In this document: positions 63,201 through 64,000 of the stretch, in pieces
How the letters are laid out: each line of letters begins with the position of its first letter
Position numbering within the stretch: position 1 is the stretch's first letter
Assembly: GCA_964187785.1 (NCBI GenBank)
Contig: OZ076409.1
Span: forward strand, 57,352,001 to 57,416,000
Source of the DNA: Amphiscolops sp. MND2022
Taxonomy: Eukaryota
Length of the DNA stretch: 64,000 nucleotides
Reading direction: 5' to 3'
The notes under the pieces: model-generated
Database searches by the model: none
What the model was told of the DNA's origin: nothing
The model's input: the letters and a program-made list of their open reading frames with translations, nothing else
Position numbers and translations under genes: made by a program

Positions 63201-64000
63201 GACTGGGAGCTTCAAATGAGTACCCAATGCTGGAAAATTCGTCATCACTTTGTATAGCTCCGCTTGTGTCGCTAAAACGACCGGGAGTTTCGCTCCTAGT
63301 TCGCCGCTTTCCAAGCCCACTGGGTTCTGTCGAGGTCAAAGTTTGCAGGGATCCTGGTCCCAGATTCAATTCACTGGCTCTCTTAATCAGATCTTCAAGC
63401 GCACCATGAGCCGTCCGAACAGTCTCTTCTGCCACAACCTTCAGAACGCTGCTGATTTGGTCTTCTGTGAAAGCTATAACAGGGTGTCCTCTTGGAAGGC
63501 TTGAAGGTTCGACGTTGGCAAAGTACTCTTTGATTAGGGCCCGGCCACTTGACTTGAGGAAAGAGCTGTGATTAGTACCCTGTGTGACTACCGGTGCAAA
63601 GGCGCTATCTAAATCACCGGACCCAAGAGGGACCGCATGCCGCTTCAGATTCATGGCTTGACCTATAGTAGATCCGCCAGGATTCGTGGTAGACTCAACG
63701 TCAGTTTCTCGACCAAGTTCCGACTCGCTGTAAGTTGACGTTAAACAAGCAGCTGTATTGGAACGCTTGGCTCCAGGGCCAAATTGGGTTGTTCCAGTAC
63801 TAGTGGACGGAAGGTCATGGAGACCAGCTTTGGGAACCGGCAAAACTTCGAAGTTAGAAGAACTTTCCATTCTGGGCCTTTTACTAATCTCTTGGTTTGC
63901 CTTGTCACCTGCAGGGCTGGAAGCAGTTAGTGGCGGTTCGAGGAAAGTTACTATTGGATTCGGCAATTCTTGATCAGTAAAGTCAGAAAGCACGTTCAAC
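60219..64000 (-). pseudogene. Antisense spliced accessory gene of element B (BED-like finger, hAT-like body), with stops/frameshifts; 5' end outside the window
   Basis: Exons 62407->63999, 61839-62316, 61575-61709, 61425-61506, 60219-61370 with GT-AG introns; finger CQVC-X16-H-X5-H with an in-frame TAA at 62836; alignable to the gene in element A. Confidence 0.8.

Larger units (their letters stand above)
52163..64000 (+). mobile_element. Element B: Ty3/Gypsy LTR retrotransposon, partly decayed, 3' end beyond the window
   Basis: 5' LTR, PBS TGGTGACAGGAG, gag, frameshifted pol and an antisense spliced gene homologous to that of element A. Confidence 0.93.

Overview
AT-rich, repeat-dense eukaryotic (invertebrate-like) genomic DNA with one 200-N gap. 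The only host gene visible is the 3' part of a K+-dependent Na+/Ca2+ exchanger (SLC24/NCKX; six exons, 27952-37752). The rest is mobile DNA: a decayed Ty3/Gypsy pol (1-4437); a complete, young 19.2-kb Ty3/Gypsy LTR retrotransposon (element A, 6246-25456; 2.2-kb LTRs, GGGAC target-site duplication, intact gag and pol); a second, divergent and partly decayed Gypsy element (element B, 52163 to beyond the window end) with two related LTR remnants; a LINE fragment, a tRNA-derived SINE, MITEs and Helentron-like repeats. Main discovery: both A and B carry, between pol and the 3' LTR, a homologous antisense, intron-containing accessory gene (about 1048 aa from 8 phase-compatible exons in A). It has a C-X2-C-X16-H-X5-H BED-like finger, a hAT-transposase-like body that appears catalytically degenerate, and three intron positions conserved between the two elements. 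Each element also carries its own recurrent short motif (A: CATC-N7-CATC in ~60-bp arrays and inside pol; B: ATTTCACC-N5-GGACC-N3-GGTCCA-N2-GGGC). This suggests, by inference only, an element-encoded DNA-binding protein with family-specific target sites. In both families gag begins inside the LTR and reads through the PBS. All splice models and alignments were made by eye.
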